Positions 35,456 through 45,200 of a stretch of 53,963 nucleotides of DNA are shown here, piece after piece (position 1 is the stretch's first letter; every line of letters begins with the position of its first letter). The translations under genes were made by a program, and so were the position numbers. Under the pieces are notes generated by a model. That model did no database searches. It had not been told where the DNA came from and saw only the letters and a list, made by a program, of their open reading frames with translations. The DNA comes from Methanobacteriota archaeon (GTDB lineage Archaea > Thermoplasmatota > Poseidoniia > Poseidoniales > Poseidoniaceae): positions 71,565 through 125,527 of the forward strand of contig WTIT01000087.1 in NCBI GenBank assembly GCA_011526375.1. Direction: 5' to 3'.

Positions 35456-36718
35456 ATGCACATTGCTATGGTGGCTGGTGAATATCCGCCTCGGTGGGGT
35501 GGCATCGGTTCTGTAGTATTCCACTTAGCTGGGCACCTGGCGTCATTTGGCCATCAAGTAACAGTAATCACTCGTTCTCATGAGGGTAGGGCTCCTGCTC
35601 AATCTGGTGTTACAGTTGTTGAGGTGCCTTGGCTAAAGTTACCCATGACATTTACTCGCTCTTATGCCAAAAACGCTCTCAAGGTTATGAAAAGATTGCA
35701 TCAAGAAGAACCTTTTGATGTAATCCACATTCTTCTTCCACTCGCTTCATTTACTGCCAAGGAATTTCAGTTCATGGAGCAAAATATCGCTCCTGTTTGC
35801 TGTTCTTTGAACGGTTCTTGGCTTGGTGAGAAAGAGGGCATACTGCGCGCAGCCAAAGCAGGAGAATCAGCAATATGGCTTAATCCAAACGACCTAGCGA
35901 TTAGATTGACTGCAAAATGGTATTCTAGATACGAGAAATCAGGTTTGCTAAACACTTCGATTAGTGTGGCAATTTCAGAATCTACACTGGATGAATTTGC
36001 CCAGTGGTACGCACCAAACATGCAGTACAACGCTAAAGTCTTGCTTTGGGGATGTGATCACAAAATTTTCCGTCCGGCAAACATCGATGATGAGGAAGAA
36101 CAGTTACAGCATGAGTTGATTCGACAGCAGTATGACTGTGCTGATGAAAAAGCCCTGAGTCACGATGTAAGTACAGAAACACCAATGTTGCTAGCTGTTG
36201 GTAGACTTGTTGCTAGAAAGGGCTACATGACTTTGCTTAGAGCGATGCCCGACATTCTTGCCAAACATCCAGGTGCAAAACTGGTGATAATCGGCCGTGG
36301 ACACATGAAACGTAAATTATCGAAAGTGGCAAAAAAACTCTCAATAAGTGATTCAGTTTTCATCAATAGTGGCATGTCATTTGATGATTTAGCACAGCAC
36401 TTTAGAAGCGCAGATTTGGTTATCTATCCTTCATATTACGAAGGACAAGGTTTGATTCCACTCGAGTCTATGTCAAGCGGAACTCCAATAGTGACAGTCG
36501 ATATGCCGCCATTAACTGAAATGGTTGATACATCAGTTGGCAGGTTGTTTGAGATGGGCAATGCAAGAGATTTGGCAAAAACGGTCAATGACATTCTAGA
36601 TGATTCTAGTGCACGAGCATTAATGGCAAGTAAAGGTAGAGAATTGGTTTTATCAAAATATACTTATGAGCAAAATGCCAATGATTTTATCGCCGTTTAT
36701 GAATCAATTATCAAATAA
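35456..36718 (+). CDS. Family 4 (GT-B, GT1-Pfam type) glycosyltransferase
   Basis: MHIAMVAGEYPPRWGGIG N-terminus and the C-terminal EGQGLIPLESMSSGTPIV (E-x7-E region). The ORF also opens at TTG 35426, but I prefer the ATG at 35456. Confidence 0.8.
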   Translation: MHIAMVAGEYPPRWGGIGSVVFHLAGHLASFGHQVTVITRSHEGRAPAQSGVTVVEVPWLKLPMTFTRSYAKNALKVMKRLHQEEPFDVIHILLPLASFTAKEFQFMEQNIAPVCCSLNGSWLGEKEGILRAAKAGESAIWLNPNDLAIRLTAKWYSRYEKSGLLNTSISVAISESTLDEFAQWYAPNMQYNAKVLLWGCDHKIFRPANIDDEEEQLQHELIRQQYDCADEKALSHDVSTETPMLLAVGRLVARKGYMTLLRAMPDILAKHPGAKLVIIGRGHMKRKLSKVAKKLSISDSVFINSGMSFDDLAQHFRSADLVIYPSYYEGQGLIPLESMSSGTPIVTVDMPPLTEMVDTSVGRLFEMGNARDLAKTVNDILDDSSARALMASKGRELVLSKYTYEQNANDFIAVYESIIK

Positions 36719-36782
36719 TTTGTTGGTCTTCAAAAATCTAGACTGACTATTACATGCAACTACTTCATAGATGATATGCTGA

Positions 36783-39359
36783 TTGGCCAACATGGTCGCG
36801 CAGCGATTCATGGTTGTGGCTTTGGTCGCGCTTTTGGTGGCCTTTGTACCAAATTCATCGGCCGATGACAATTTGCAAAGTGCGAACAACTTGATTGAGG
36901 GACAATCAGTAAATGGCTATGTGTGCTATGATGACGGTTGTTCACCTACCGACCAAACAGATTGGTGGAAAGCATATGCCTACAAAGGAGACCAAGTACA
37001 AATCTCATTCTCTGGCAGTATGAATAACGGGAATTGGCTGTGTATTGACGACGGTTGGGAAGCCGATTTTTCAATACATGACTCTGCAGGTGGTCAAATC
37101 AATTCAATATCCCGAAGTGATGATAATGCCAATGGCGTTCTTAGCACTACAATGTCAACTGCAGATTGGATTTACATCAAGGTTAGAGGCAAAGATTCCT
37201 GGTGTAATGACGGGGTTGACTATACACTGTTGTTGTCAATAGATTCTAATGATAGAGACACTGACGAAGATGGCTACATCGACACAGAGGATTCATGCGA
37301 TAATACTCCGGGCACCTCTGCTTACGACAGGAAAGGCTGTATTGATTCAGATTCTGATGGCTATTCAGACCCAGAACAAGGCTGGGGTCCAAATAATGGT
37401 GCAGATGCTTTCCCTTACGAACAATCTCAGTGGCAAGATACAGATAATGATGGCTTTGGCGATAATATAGACGGCTACCAAGGAGATTTTTGTCCATACA
37501 ATTCTGGACAATCGTACAATGACAGATATGGTTGCTTGGATACCGATGGTGATGGTTTTTCCAATCCAGATCCAGGCGGCTTGTTTGGAATCAGTGAGTG
37601 GTATGCTCACCCTGTAGGACTTGCTGACGCATTCCCGTCAGATAACACACAATGGACTGATACAGATGCTGATGGTTACGGCGATAACTGGGATGATCCG
37701 ACATGGAATGCGACACACATTGCATGGGGCATTGGGCAATGGCTAGAAGTTGCTAGTACACCAGACGCTTGTCCGTTTATTACCGGCACATCTTCTTCTG
37801 ACCGATTTGGTTGCCCAGATACCGATAGTGATACCTATTCAGATGGTGATGAAAATTGGACAATAGATAATGGCTCTGATGCATTTCCATTGGAGCCAAC
37901 TCAATGGCTTGACACCGATAGGGATGGTTGGGGTGACAATCAATCCTTTGGTGCTGCAAGAATCGATGATTTTCCCGAAAATCCAACACAATGGCGCGAC
38001 ACTGACGACGATGGCTGGGGTGATAACCAAACCTATGGGGCATCTCAGATAGACGATTTCCCATTGATACCTTCACAGTACAGAGACACCGATGGGGATG
38101 GTTTTGGCGATAATCAAACAGGCTTTGAGGGTGATGTATGTGTTTATTCAACCCCCGAGGAAGTGGAATCCGGGTGGATTTCTAGGTTAGACAGACTTGG
38201 ATGTAGGGATACTGACAAAGATGGATATTCTAACCCAACGGAAGGTTGGATTGCTCATCCTGATGGATTTGCCGATGCGTTCCCAGATGAAGCCAGTCAA
38301 TGGCATGATACAGATTCTGATGGCTTCGGCGACAATATCGAGTATTTTGATGGCCAAACATGGCGCCCATCATATCGAGGGGATAGCTGTAAAACAACTG
38401 TTGGATATTCTACCTTTGACAGATGGGGTTGTCCTGATGCCGATGGTGATGGCTGGTCTGATTCAACAGCAAACTGGCTGGCTAGCCCAGGCGGTAATGG
38501 TGATGCATGGCCACAAGACCCAACCCAATGGCATGACCGTGATGGTGATGGAAGAGGTGACAATCCATTAGGCACCACTGCAGATGTTTGCCCGGATAGT
38601 GCTGGTACCTCAGTCGGCCCAGCCGAGGGCGGTGACAGATGGGGTTGCATAGACACTGACGGCGATGGATGGTCCGATTTAGGAGACTCGTTTATCCATG
38701 AACCTACTCAGTGGCGTGATACTGATGGAGATGGATTTGGTGATGCTGCAGATGGCAACCAAGGAGATGCTTGTCCGGAGGTTAGAGGTACTTCACTAAT
38801 GGATAGATTAGGCTGTAGGGATACCGATGGTGATGGCTGGTCAGACCCAACCGAAACCTGGAAAGCCCATCCATTTGGCTTAGCAGATTCTTTCCCTAAC
38901 GAAGCATTACAATGGAGAGACACCGATGGTGATGGCTATGGTGATGTGAGTCTTGGCGCTATGAGAGATGACTGTCCTAATGAAGCAGGTGATTCAACTA
39001 GAGATTTGCAAGGATGCCCTGATAATAATGGCGATGGTTGGTCTAATGAATATGGTACACTAAAATCAGCAATCGCAATAATGGGTGAAGATCCAGCAGC
39101 CTCTTGGTTAACTTATCTTATCATCGGTTTAGGATTCATTTTAGGTGCTTCAATCGCACTAGTGGTAAAAATGGGCCGCGAAGAGGATGAGTTGTCAACA
39201 CAAGAGCAATTATTCGACGAGAAGGAACACGTTGATTTCAATGCAAATTTGGAGCAACAAGAGTCATCGGCGATGATTCCTATCGACGAACTCCCACCGA
39301 TACCGGTAAGTGAAGAAATACCAAATGATGATTATTTGGGAGGTGAGTCAGTTGAATAA
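36783..39359 (+). CDS. Secreted protein: PPC (pre-peptidase C-terminal)-like domain followed by TSP3-like Ca-binding repeat modules, C-terminal TM anchor
   Basis: Signal (RFMVVALVALLVAFVP). PPC-like segment: GQSVNGYV...DQTDWWKAYAYKGDQVQISFSG...DWIYIKVRG...VDYTLLLS. Repeated modules of about 55-60 aa follow (GC.DtDgDGwSD...aDAFP.d..QW.DtDgDGfGDN...GD.CP). TM helix: LTYLIIGLGFILGASIALVV. The start is TTG at 36783, with an ATG alternative at 36792. Confidence 0.75.
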   Translation: MANMVAQRFMVVALVALLVAFVPNSSADDNLQSANNLIEGQSVNGYVCYDDGCSPTDQTDWWKAYAYKGDQVQISFSGSMNNGNWLCIDDGWEADFSIHDSAGGQINSISRSDDNANGVLSTTMSTADWIYIKVRGKDSWCNDGVDYTLLLSIDSNDRDTDEDGYIDTEDSCDNTPGTSAYDRKGCIDSDSDGYSDPEQGWGPNNGADAFPYEQSQWQDTDNDGFGDNIDGYQGDFCPYNSGQSYNDRYGCLDTDGDGFSNPDPGGLFGISEWYAHPVGLADAFPSDNTQWTDTDADGYGDNWDDPTWNATHIAWGIGQWLEVASTPDACPFITGTSSSDRFGCPDTDSDTYSDGDENWTIDNGSDAFPLEPTQWLDTDRDGWGDNQSFGAARIDDFPENPTQWRDTDDDGWGDNQTYGASQIDDFPLIPSQYRDTDGDGFGDNQTGFEGDVCVYSTPEEVESGWISRLDRLGCRDTDKDGYSNPTEGWIAHPDGFADAFPDEASQWHDTDSDGFGDNIEYFDGQTWRPSYRGDSCKTTVGYSTFDRWGCPDADGDGWSDSTANWLASPGGNGDAWPQDPTQWHDRDGDGRGDNPLGTTADVCPDSAGTSVGPAEGGDRWGCIDTDGDGWSDLGDSFIHEPTQWRDTDGDGFGDAADGNQGDACPEVRGTSLMDRLGCRDTDGDGWSDPTETWKAHPFGLADSFPNEALQWRDTDGDGYGDVSLGAMRDDCPNEAGDSTRDLQGCPDNNGDGWSNEYGTLKSAIAIMGEDPAASWLTYLIIGLGFILGASIALVVKMGREEDELSTQEQLFDEKEHVDFNANLEQQESSAMIPIDELPPIPVSEEIPNDDYLGGESVE
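37254..39050 (+). repeat. Array of about nine bipartite TSP3-like modules
   Basis: Recurrent CxDxDxDGYSD / QWxDTDxDGFGDN pairs are visible directly in the translation. GAT/GGT-rich DNA keeps several alternative frames open. Confidence 0.8.
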
Positions 39360-40668
39360 CCATAGGTTGTTTTCATGGTTCACAGTGTTTGTGATTTTGG
39401 CTTCAATAATCGCTTTGTCTGAATATTCATACAATGCAGCCGCTGAAGAAGGCGAGGAAGACCCCTTAGCTGAAGCAGGTTTGTCGCTTATCGCTCTGAG
39501 AAATGATACGCTCGATACTAATCAAGACGGGGAAAACGATGCGATTAGAGTGGTTGTCGTGTTAAATTCAGACCAAGAGAGCACGAACCTCGAACTTAGG
39601 TTGATTGGTGAATATAAAGACCGTGAGGTGACTGAAATATTGCAATTTACCTTCAGCGGCCAGTCTAATGCGAGTTTAACTTACGATGCTTGGGCGTCAG
39701 GTGAGCATGAACTTAGGTTACAATTGGTCGATCAAGATGGTAACATAATTACGACTATTCCATTACCAACATACGTTCTAAGACCAGCTTTACAAACACC
39801 ATCAATTATTTTGGCACTAAATGCTCCGCAACACATTGAAACAGGCGATGAATGTACCATTTCGAGAATTTTCTCCGATGAGACAGGGCCTCGCTACGGT
39901 GCATCTGGGGTGAGGACCTTCTCAGGTGCCCCGTTTACGGTTCTTGATTCACAAAATGCCTTGGATTGTTCGCACTGGCCAGCTGGTGATTACATGCTCA
40001 AGGAAGCATATCGTAATGACCTTGGACAGGCCACTGAAGATTGGTTGAATCTAACAATTCACAATCGTCCTGCGCCGGATTTTACTCTAATGGTTAATGG
40101 GAACGGAAATGCCACTGATACTGAATGTAAAGTGATGCTAAAACCATTAGATGAAGAATTGGATTTCAGCACATTCCAGATGATTTGGCGCATTCAAGGT
40201 TCGCAGATTGAAGGTAACATCGGAGAGGAGTTTGATTGTTCAACACTCCCTGCTGGAGTCCATCTTGTGTCATTGGAAGTAATCAACAATGAGCTGATTA
40301 GTGCTATCGAGGGAATAAATCTGGTTAGGCTTCCCGGAGCAGATTTGACCGAAGAGCAGAAGGAAGTAGCTCCATCGAGATCTTACGGTGACGATACTGA
40401 AACCGAGTCAGTTGGTTGGATTTCAATTGGAGTACTTGGTTTGGTTGTTGTAGTGTTATCATATCTAGTTCTGGTTAGAGTCAAAGACGTAGAAGAAGAA
40501 TTGCCCATGCGTGATTTGGGGCCAAGTCCAATGATTTTACCAGATGGTAGCCCAGATCCAGAAGGCCTACCCACTACCACAGATGATGATGGTGTTTTAT
40601 GGCGTCAGCACCCAGATGGTAATCACGATTGGTGGGATAATGAATTACGAATCTGGGTTAGGTGGTGA
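39310..40668 (+). CDS. Membrane-anchored hypothetical surface protein with cytoplasmic Pro-rich tail ending in a WW-like Trp module
   Basis: N-terminal hydrophobic segment (LFSWFTVFVILASIIAL), an ectodomain of about 330 aa, a TM helix (WISIGVLGLVVVVLSYLVLV), and the tail ...PDPEGLPTTTDDDGVLWRQHPDGNHDWWDNELRIWVRW. The ORF opens at 39310, inside the upstream gene. GGGAGGTGA at 39338-39346 followed by TTG at 39352 is an alternative SD/start. Confidence 0.55.
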   Translation: MKKYQMMIIWEVSQLNNHRLFSWFTVFVILASIIALSEYSYNAAAEEGEEDPLAEAGLSLIALRNDTLDTNQDGENDAIRVVVVLNSDQESTNLELRLIGEYKDREVTEILQFTFSGQSNASLTYDAWASGEHELRLQLVDQDGNIITTIPLPTYVLRPALQTPSIILALNAPQHIETGDECTISRIFSDETGPRYGASGVRTFSGAPFTVLDSQNALDCSHWPAGDYMLKEAYRNDLGQATEDWLNLTIHNRPAPDFTLMVNGNGNATDTECKVMLKPLDEELDFSTFQMIWRIQGSQIEGNIGEEFDCSTLPAGVHLVSLEVINNELISAIEGINLVRLPGADLTEEQKEVAPSRSYGDDTETESVGWISIGVLGLVVVVLSYLVLVRVKDVEEELPMRDLGPSPMILPDGSPDPEGLPTTTDDDGVLWRQHPDGNHDWWDNELRIWVRW

Positions 40669-41561
40669 AACCTCTGGATATTGGTAACCTATCCTTCCTA
40701 GAGTTGGCTTTGGGAATAATCGCCATAATCATCACGGTTGTCGCAATTAGACTATACTATGTCTGGTTCACCAGAATAAGGCCTAGGCTTCCAAGCACTG
40801 ATTCAGATTGGAATACCGATTGTGAGTATCAATCTAAAGCAGTCATCGATGGAGATTACATAACATTCACTAAAATTAGAAACTTTACTTGGCGAACAAC
40901 CAGGGACCGTGATGAAGTTTGGGATGATGATGTAAAATTTGATTTGCGAGAAATAAAAGATGTGTGGTTTATTGTCGACCATTTTCACAAGATCCATGGC
41001 TTAGCACATACTTTTCTGAGCATTGAATTCAATGACGGAAGATGTATCTCGATATCTTTCGAAGCAAGAAGGGTGAAGGGCGAACGTTATCATCCATGGA
41101 AGGGTTTGTGGCGCTCTTATGAACTGTATTTGTTGATAGGTTATGAGCGAGACCTTCTCGGTTTGAGAACTAATGCTAGAGGTAATCGAGATTATCTGTT
41201 TAGAGCGGTAACTCCCCCGGGCAAGGATAGACAACTATTGCTTGCGATTGCCCAAAAGATGAACCAATTGAGTGAAAACGCTGAATGGTATCATTCACTA
41301 TTGACTACCTGTAATACTTCAATAGTAAAAGTGGTTAACAAAATCACTCCAGGAAGAATACCATTCATTTGGCGGAATTTTCTGCCAGGGTATACTCCGA
41401 AAGCTGCATTTAAGTTAGGTCTCATCGAAGATTGGGGGGGCATGGAGAAAACACTAGAATTGGCGAGAGTTGATGAATTAGCAAAGGATTGGGACGGTGT
41501 TTCAGACTATTCTTCATTCATTAGGCAACATATGCCTGATTCAGCGGTTAACAAACAGTAG
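40662..41561 (+). CDS. DUF4105 (Lnb N-terminal domain-like) membrane-anchored protein
   Basis: N-terminal TM. HGLAHTFLSIEFNDGRCISISFEARRVKGERYHPWKGLWRSYELYLLIGYERDLLGLRTNARGNRDYLF...WYHSLLTTCNTSIV matches my recollection of the DUF4105 pattern (aH..lsF.F.dg...SvEaR...ge.y....g....yeL.y..g.ErD...lRtn.R......Y....NCTt). The GTG start overlaps the upstream stop by 7 nt. Confidence 0.5.
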   Translation: MVKPLDIGNLSFLELALGIIAIIITVVAIRLYYVWFTRIRPRLPSTDSDWNTDCEYQSKAVIDGDYITFTKIRNFTWRTTRDRDEVWDDDVKFDLREIKDVWFIVDHFHKIHGLAHTFLSIEFNDGRCISISFEARRVKGERYHPWKGLWRSYELYLLIGYERDLLGLRTNARGNRDYLFRAVTPPGKDRQLLLAIAQKMNQLSENAEWYHSLLTTCNTSIVKVVNKITPGRIPFIWRNFLPGYTPKAAFKLGLIEDWGGMEKTLELARVDELAKDWDGVSDYSSFIRQHMPDSAVNKQ

Positions 41562-42164
41562 TAAATTGCCGCTCTCACAGGATAAACCAATCCTCTCATT
41601 AGTTGCGATATTGTGTAGTCCGTTTGAACTTGGGGTTAATGTTGAACTCTCTAATTCCCATTTCGCACCAGTTAAATTAACACCTGAAGAGGTGCCAATA
41701 CTAAACACGGAAAACAAAGTTCCAATTTCTACAGAGAAGTATTTTATTTCACTTTGATGTACTGCACAGACCGTACAATCTTCAAGATGTATCTTTGCGT
41801 TGCTGTTACATTCAATTAACGACATGTAGTTACAGAATTGGTGGTCGGAATTTCCACCATCAACACCGATTATATTGACAGCTTTAGGTTCAAATCGTTG
41901 TGAGAATATTATTGCTTTGGTTAAGTCGTTGTTATTTTGTTCCTGGATTTCAACAATCTCTACATTACTAAACTTAACCTGTTCTAGAATTTCTTGAGTT
42001 ATACTATCCATGTCTCCGATTAAATAATCCACATTGATTTGTTGCTCAATGCATCGATTTATCGCACCGTCACAGGCAATAATGATATCAGAATTTTCAA
42101 TCAAAGAATTCCATTTAGACAGTTTTTCATCACGAGCATTGCCAATAATCAAGATGTTTGTCAT
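41541..42164 (-). CDS. Thiamine pyrophosphokinase
   Basis: IIACDGAINRCIEQQINVDYLIGDMDSI (GDxDS motif), NNNDLTKAI and NIIGVDGGNSDHQFCN together give a TPK catalytic domain plus a C-terminal B1-binding domain. The 3' end overlaps the DUF4105 3' end by 21 nt. Confidence 0.7.
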   Translation of the reverse strand: MTNILIIGNARDEKLSKWNSLIENSDIIIACDGAINRCIEQQINVDYLIGDMDSITQEILEQVKFSNVEIVEIQEQNNNDLTKAIIFSQRFEPKAVNIIGVDGGNSDHQFCNYMSLIECNSNAKIHLEDCTVCAVHQSEIKYFSVEIGTLFSVFSIGTSSGVNLTGAKWELESSTLTPSSNGLHNIATNERIGLSCESGNLLLFVNR

Positions 42165-42214
42165 GATTTACCCAAACTGTCTCGGTTTGTCAATCATGCG
42201 TAGATTTTTTGATT

Positions 42215-42233
42215 TGACCCCCGTAGGGGGTCA
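42215..42233. promoter_or_regulatory. GC-rich perfect hairpin/palindrome TGACCCCC-gta-GGGGGTCA in the divergent spacer between the TPK gene and the 2063-aa giant gene
   Basis: 8-bp arms with a 3-nt loop. A T6 tract (42205-42210) precedes it. It stands out in an otherwise AT-rich 117-nt spacer. Both flanking genes point away from it, so it is not a terminator. Confidence 0.35.
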
Positions 42234-42281
42234 TGGGATTTCATAGACAATGGTTTTCAACCATCAACAACTCCGATAGTT

Positions 42282-45200
42282 GTGGCGAGTGGTAACATAT
42301 CCAAAAACTCGCTGTGGGCGATAATGATTGTTTTCTTGCTTATTTTGCAAGTTTTTGCCGTCAATCTACAATCAAATGATGAACAAAGCACTGGCGTTTT
42401 AGAAGAATTGAACGCTGAATATAACTCCCAGTCGTTAACTGATTTTGATTTAGAATTTGGTGTAGATTTATCCGGAGAATACATAGATTTTGATGACACT
42501 GCTCAAGGTTTAGTACGTTATGAGTCTGAACTTGATATTTACAGTATGGATACTCTACAGCATTCTAGTGCGGGAACTGCTGTTATCTCTGATGTAACAA
42601 TATCAAACCAACAAGAGCTCAATGCTTGTTGGGTCAACCATGAGGGTTCAGTTCACTATTATTGGTCTGATATTAATGATCAAACTAAGTCAATGGAGGT
42701 TGATGAAATTCTTGGGCAAAATGAAGGAGTTACAACTTACGATTGTGCGATAGCAGTCAAAGACAACGGGAGAGCAAGCATGCTATACACCAATGGTTCA
42801 GATCTCAAGGCGGGACAGATTGCTTACGCATCATCTCTATACACCAACGGTGATGACTGGCATACAAGAACCATTCTTGAAGAGGTAAATGTGACAAATC
42901 TTGAGTTGGATATTACTCCTGATTATTTTGAATGGGGCGTATTTAGAAATGATGACGGAGAATTACACCGAGTTAATTACACCGGTGCGTTTTGGGAAAC
43001 TGGGTTGTTGGAAGAGGGGCCTGTTGGTGAAGATTTCGAGTTAGAAATAACTTCGAGTGGTGTAGTATACCTGCTTTACACCAAATCAAATCAGGCTATC
43101 TTGACAACAATTTCTGAAGGATTACAAAGTGAACAAATAGTTGCTAATTCGTTGAGTTTACATTCTGATGTTGGAATGACGCTTGACGATTCAGATCTGC
43201 TTCAATTATTCACATCGGAACTAATCGAAAATCATACTATTCTTAGCATCGAGCGCTCCCTTGCCAATCAGAAAAATCAAATTGGTGCAAACCCCAAATT
43301 TTCACTCAGCAGCGACCTCAGTGGTACGAACTCAGGCGAAATAATCTTTGCCGATTTCAACTCTGATGGCTTAGACGACATAATTTATTCAGAGCCAGAC
43401 TCTTCTACTCAATCGTTAACCAACAATGGCAGAGTGTCGGTTCATTACAGTTCACAATTCGGTTTCTCTTCAGTTCCAAATCTTACTTGGGAAGGCGATT
43501 CAGATTTAGCAATGCTTGGGAAGGGCTTGTCATTTGGTGATTACAATGGAGATGGCATTAATGATTTAGCGATTGGCTCTCCGGGTTCGAGCAATAATGA
43601 CGGATTGGTACAATTTGCCTTCGGCTCTCAAACTGGTCTCTCTGAAACACTCGAGCAGGTCGCTGGTATCTCAAACCCTGTTGCTCAAGGTGATAAATAC
43701 GGTTACTGCTTAGAAACAGTAGACGACCTAAACATGGATGGATATGACGAAATATTGATCTGTTCGATTGACTACCAACAATCATCGGATACAGGTAAAG
43801 TTGAGTTGTTCTTTGGCAATGCAGTTAGTAACACTTGGGTGAAGATGAACAGTCCAGACCAACTGCTTCAAGGAAGTAATTTCGGGCATTCTGTTTCGGC
43901 TGATGGAGATTTAAACGGGGATGGTCTGAAAGATTTAGTTATTGGAAATACTGGAACACTAATCGATAGTTCGGGCTTCTCCTCGGTTGAGATAAGATAT
44001 GGAACTAGTTCAGGCTTTAATGCCAACCCTGATGACTCATATCAATCAATTTCCTCGGGCACACTATTTGGGTACAACGTTGAAATAATCAATGATTTGA
44101 ATAATGACGGATATGATGAGTTATTTATTTCTGAGCCTTACAATACGACGGCACCGTTCAATAGCGGTGATGTTTGGGTATTCTATGGCAATTCTGGTGG
44201 TTTAGGAATCCAGCCTGATATTAGACTGAAGGGTAATGCAAATGATCTGCTTGGACTAAATTTCGCTAGCGCCGGGGATACAAATTCCGACGGATTTAAT
44301 GACTTACTAATTACCAGAAAAAGTGGCTTTAACCAAGGAAAAGTTGAGTTGATTTTAGGCTCATCAGATACGATTGACGGCTCAACTTACCTCGTAGCAA
44401 GCGGTTTCACTGATTTTGGTCGGGCAATATCTAACCCAGGCGATTCAGACGGCGACGGATTGTTAGAATATACCTTTAATTCAGAAAATGTCGATGAAAA
44501 TGGTAATGAAGTACTAACTCTTGTTTCCTATACTCGAAAATTGTTTGAAGTAACTGAGATTTCCTTGTCAGGCGAATCAATTGACGGAAAAATACAATCT
44601 TCCTCAGCAGGCAATCCGCGTGTTGTGATAGATTTACAAAATACAACAGATATGTCTACCCATACACAGATGGTATCACTTGAATCGAATGCACAATCCG
44701 TTTTCTGGACGATACAAGACATTACTGAGTCTCAATCGCTAATTCAAGGGACGACGAATTTTGAATTATCATCTTCAGGATCTCCTTACATAATGTATCA
44801 TCAAGCAGATTTGAAACTCAAAACTTACACCGGTTTCACGCCAGTGGAATCAGAGATTGTTCTCACTGCCAATGATGTCATGTATTTATCCTCAATAAAT
44901 GGTTTATCCGGTGAGCAATATCTCGCTTATTATTCTCCAGGATTGAACACCATTTATCTAAATGAATTAACAGAACAGGGCTGGAATGAACAAGTTGTTG
45001 CCACGAATGCAAATGTGTCATCACCAATTTCGCTATTGGTAAATAATTCTGGAAGTCCAGTTATAGTCTACATTGATAGTGTTACTAAAGAGCTAAATGT
45101 TGCAACTCACAATAATTCATGGTCAATCAGTAATCTCACCTTGTCAGGGAATGTAAACGCCCAATCTTTTTCTTGTTTGATAGATTATGACGATAATTTA

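Noticed and set aside
37045-38923. Alternative-frame and antisense ORFs of 60-124 aa within 36783..39359 (for example 37780..38151-, 38197..38571+, 38297..38656-, 38708..38923-).
   Set aside because: This is the same repeat-composition artefact as above. The sense frame carries clear PPC and TSP3 motifs.
42215-42233. Considered the GC hairpin as an intrinsic terminator or a tRNA fragment.
   Set aside because: Both flanking genes diverge from it. No T-run follows the stem on either strand. At 19 nt, with no flanking cloverleaf potential that I could see, it is too short for a tRNA.
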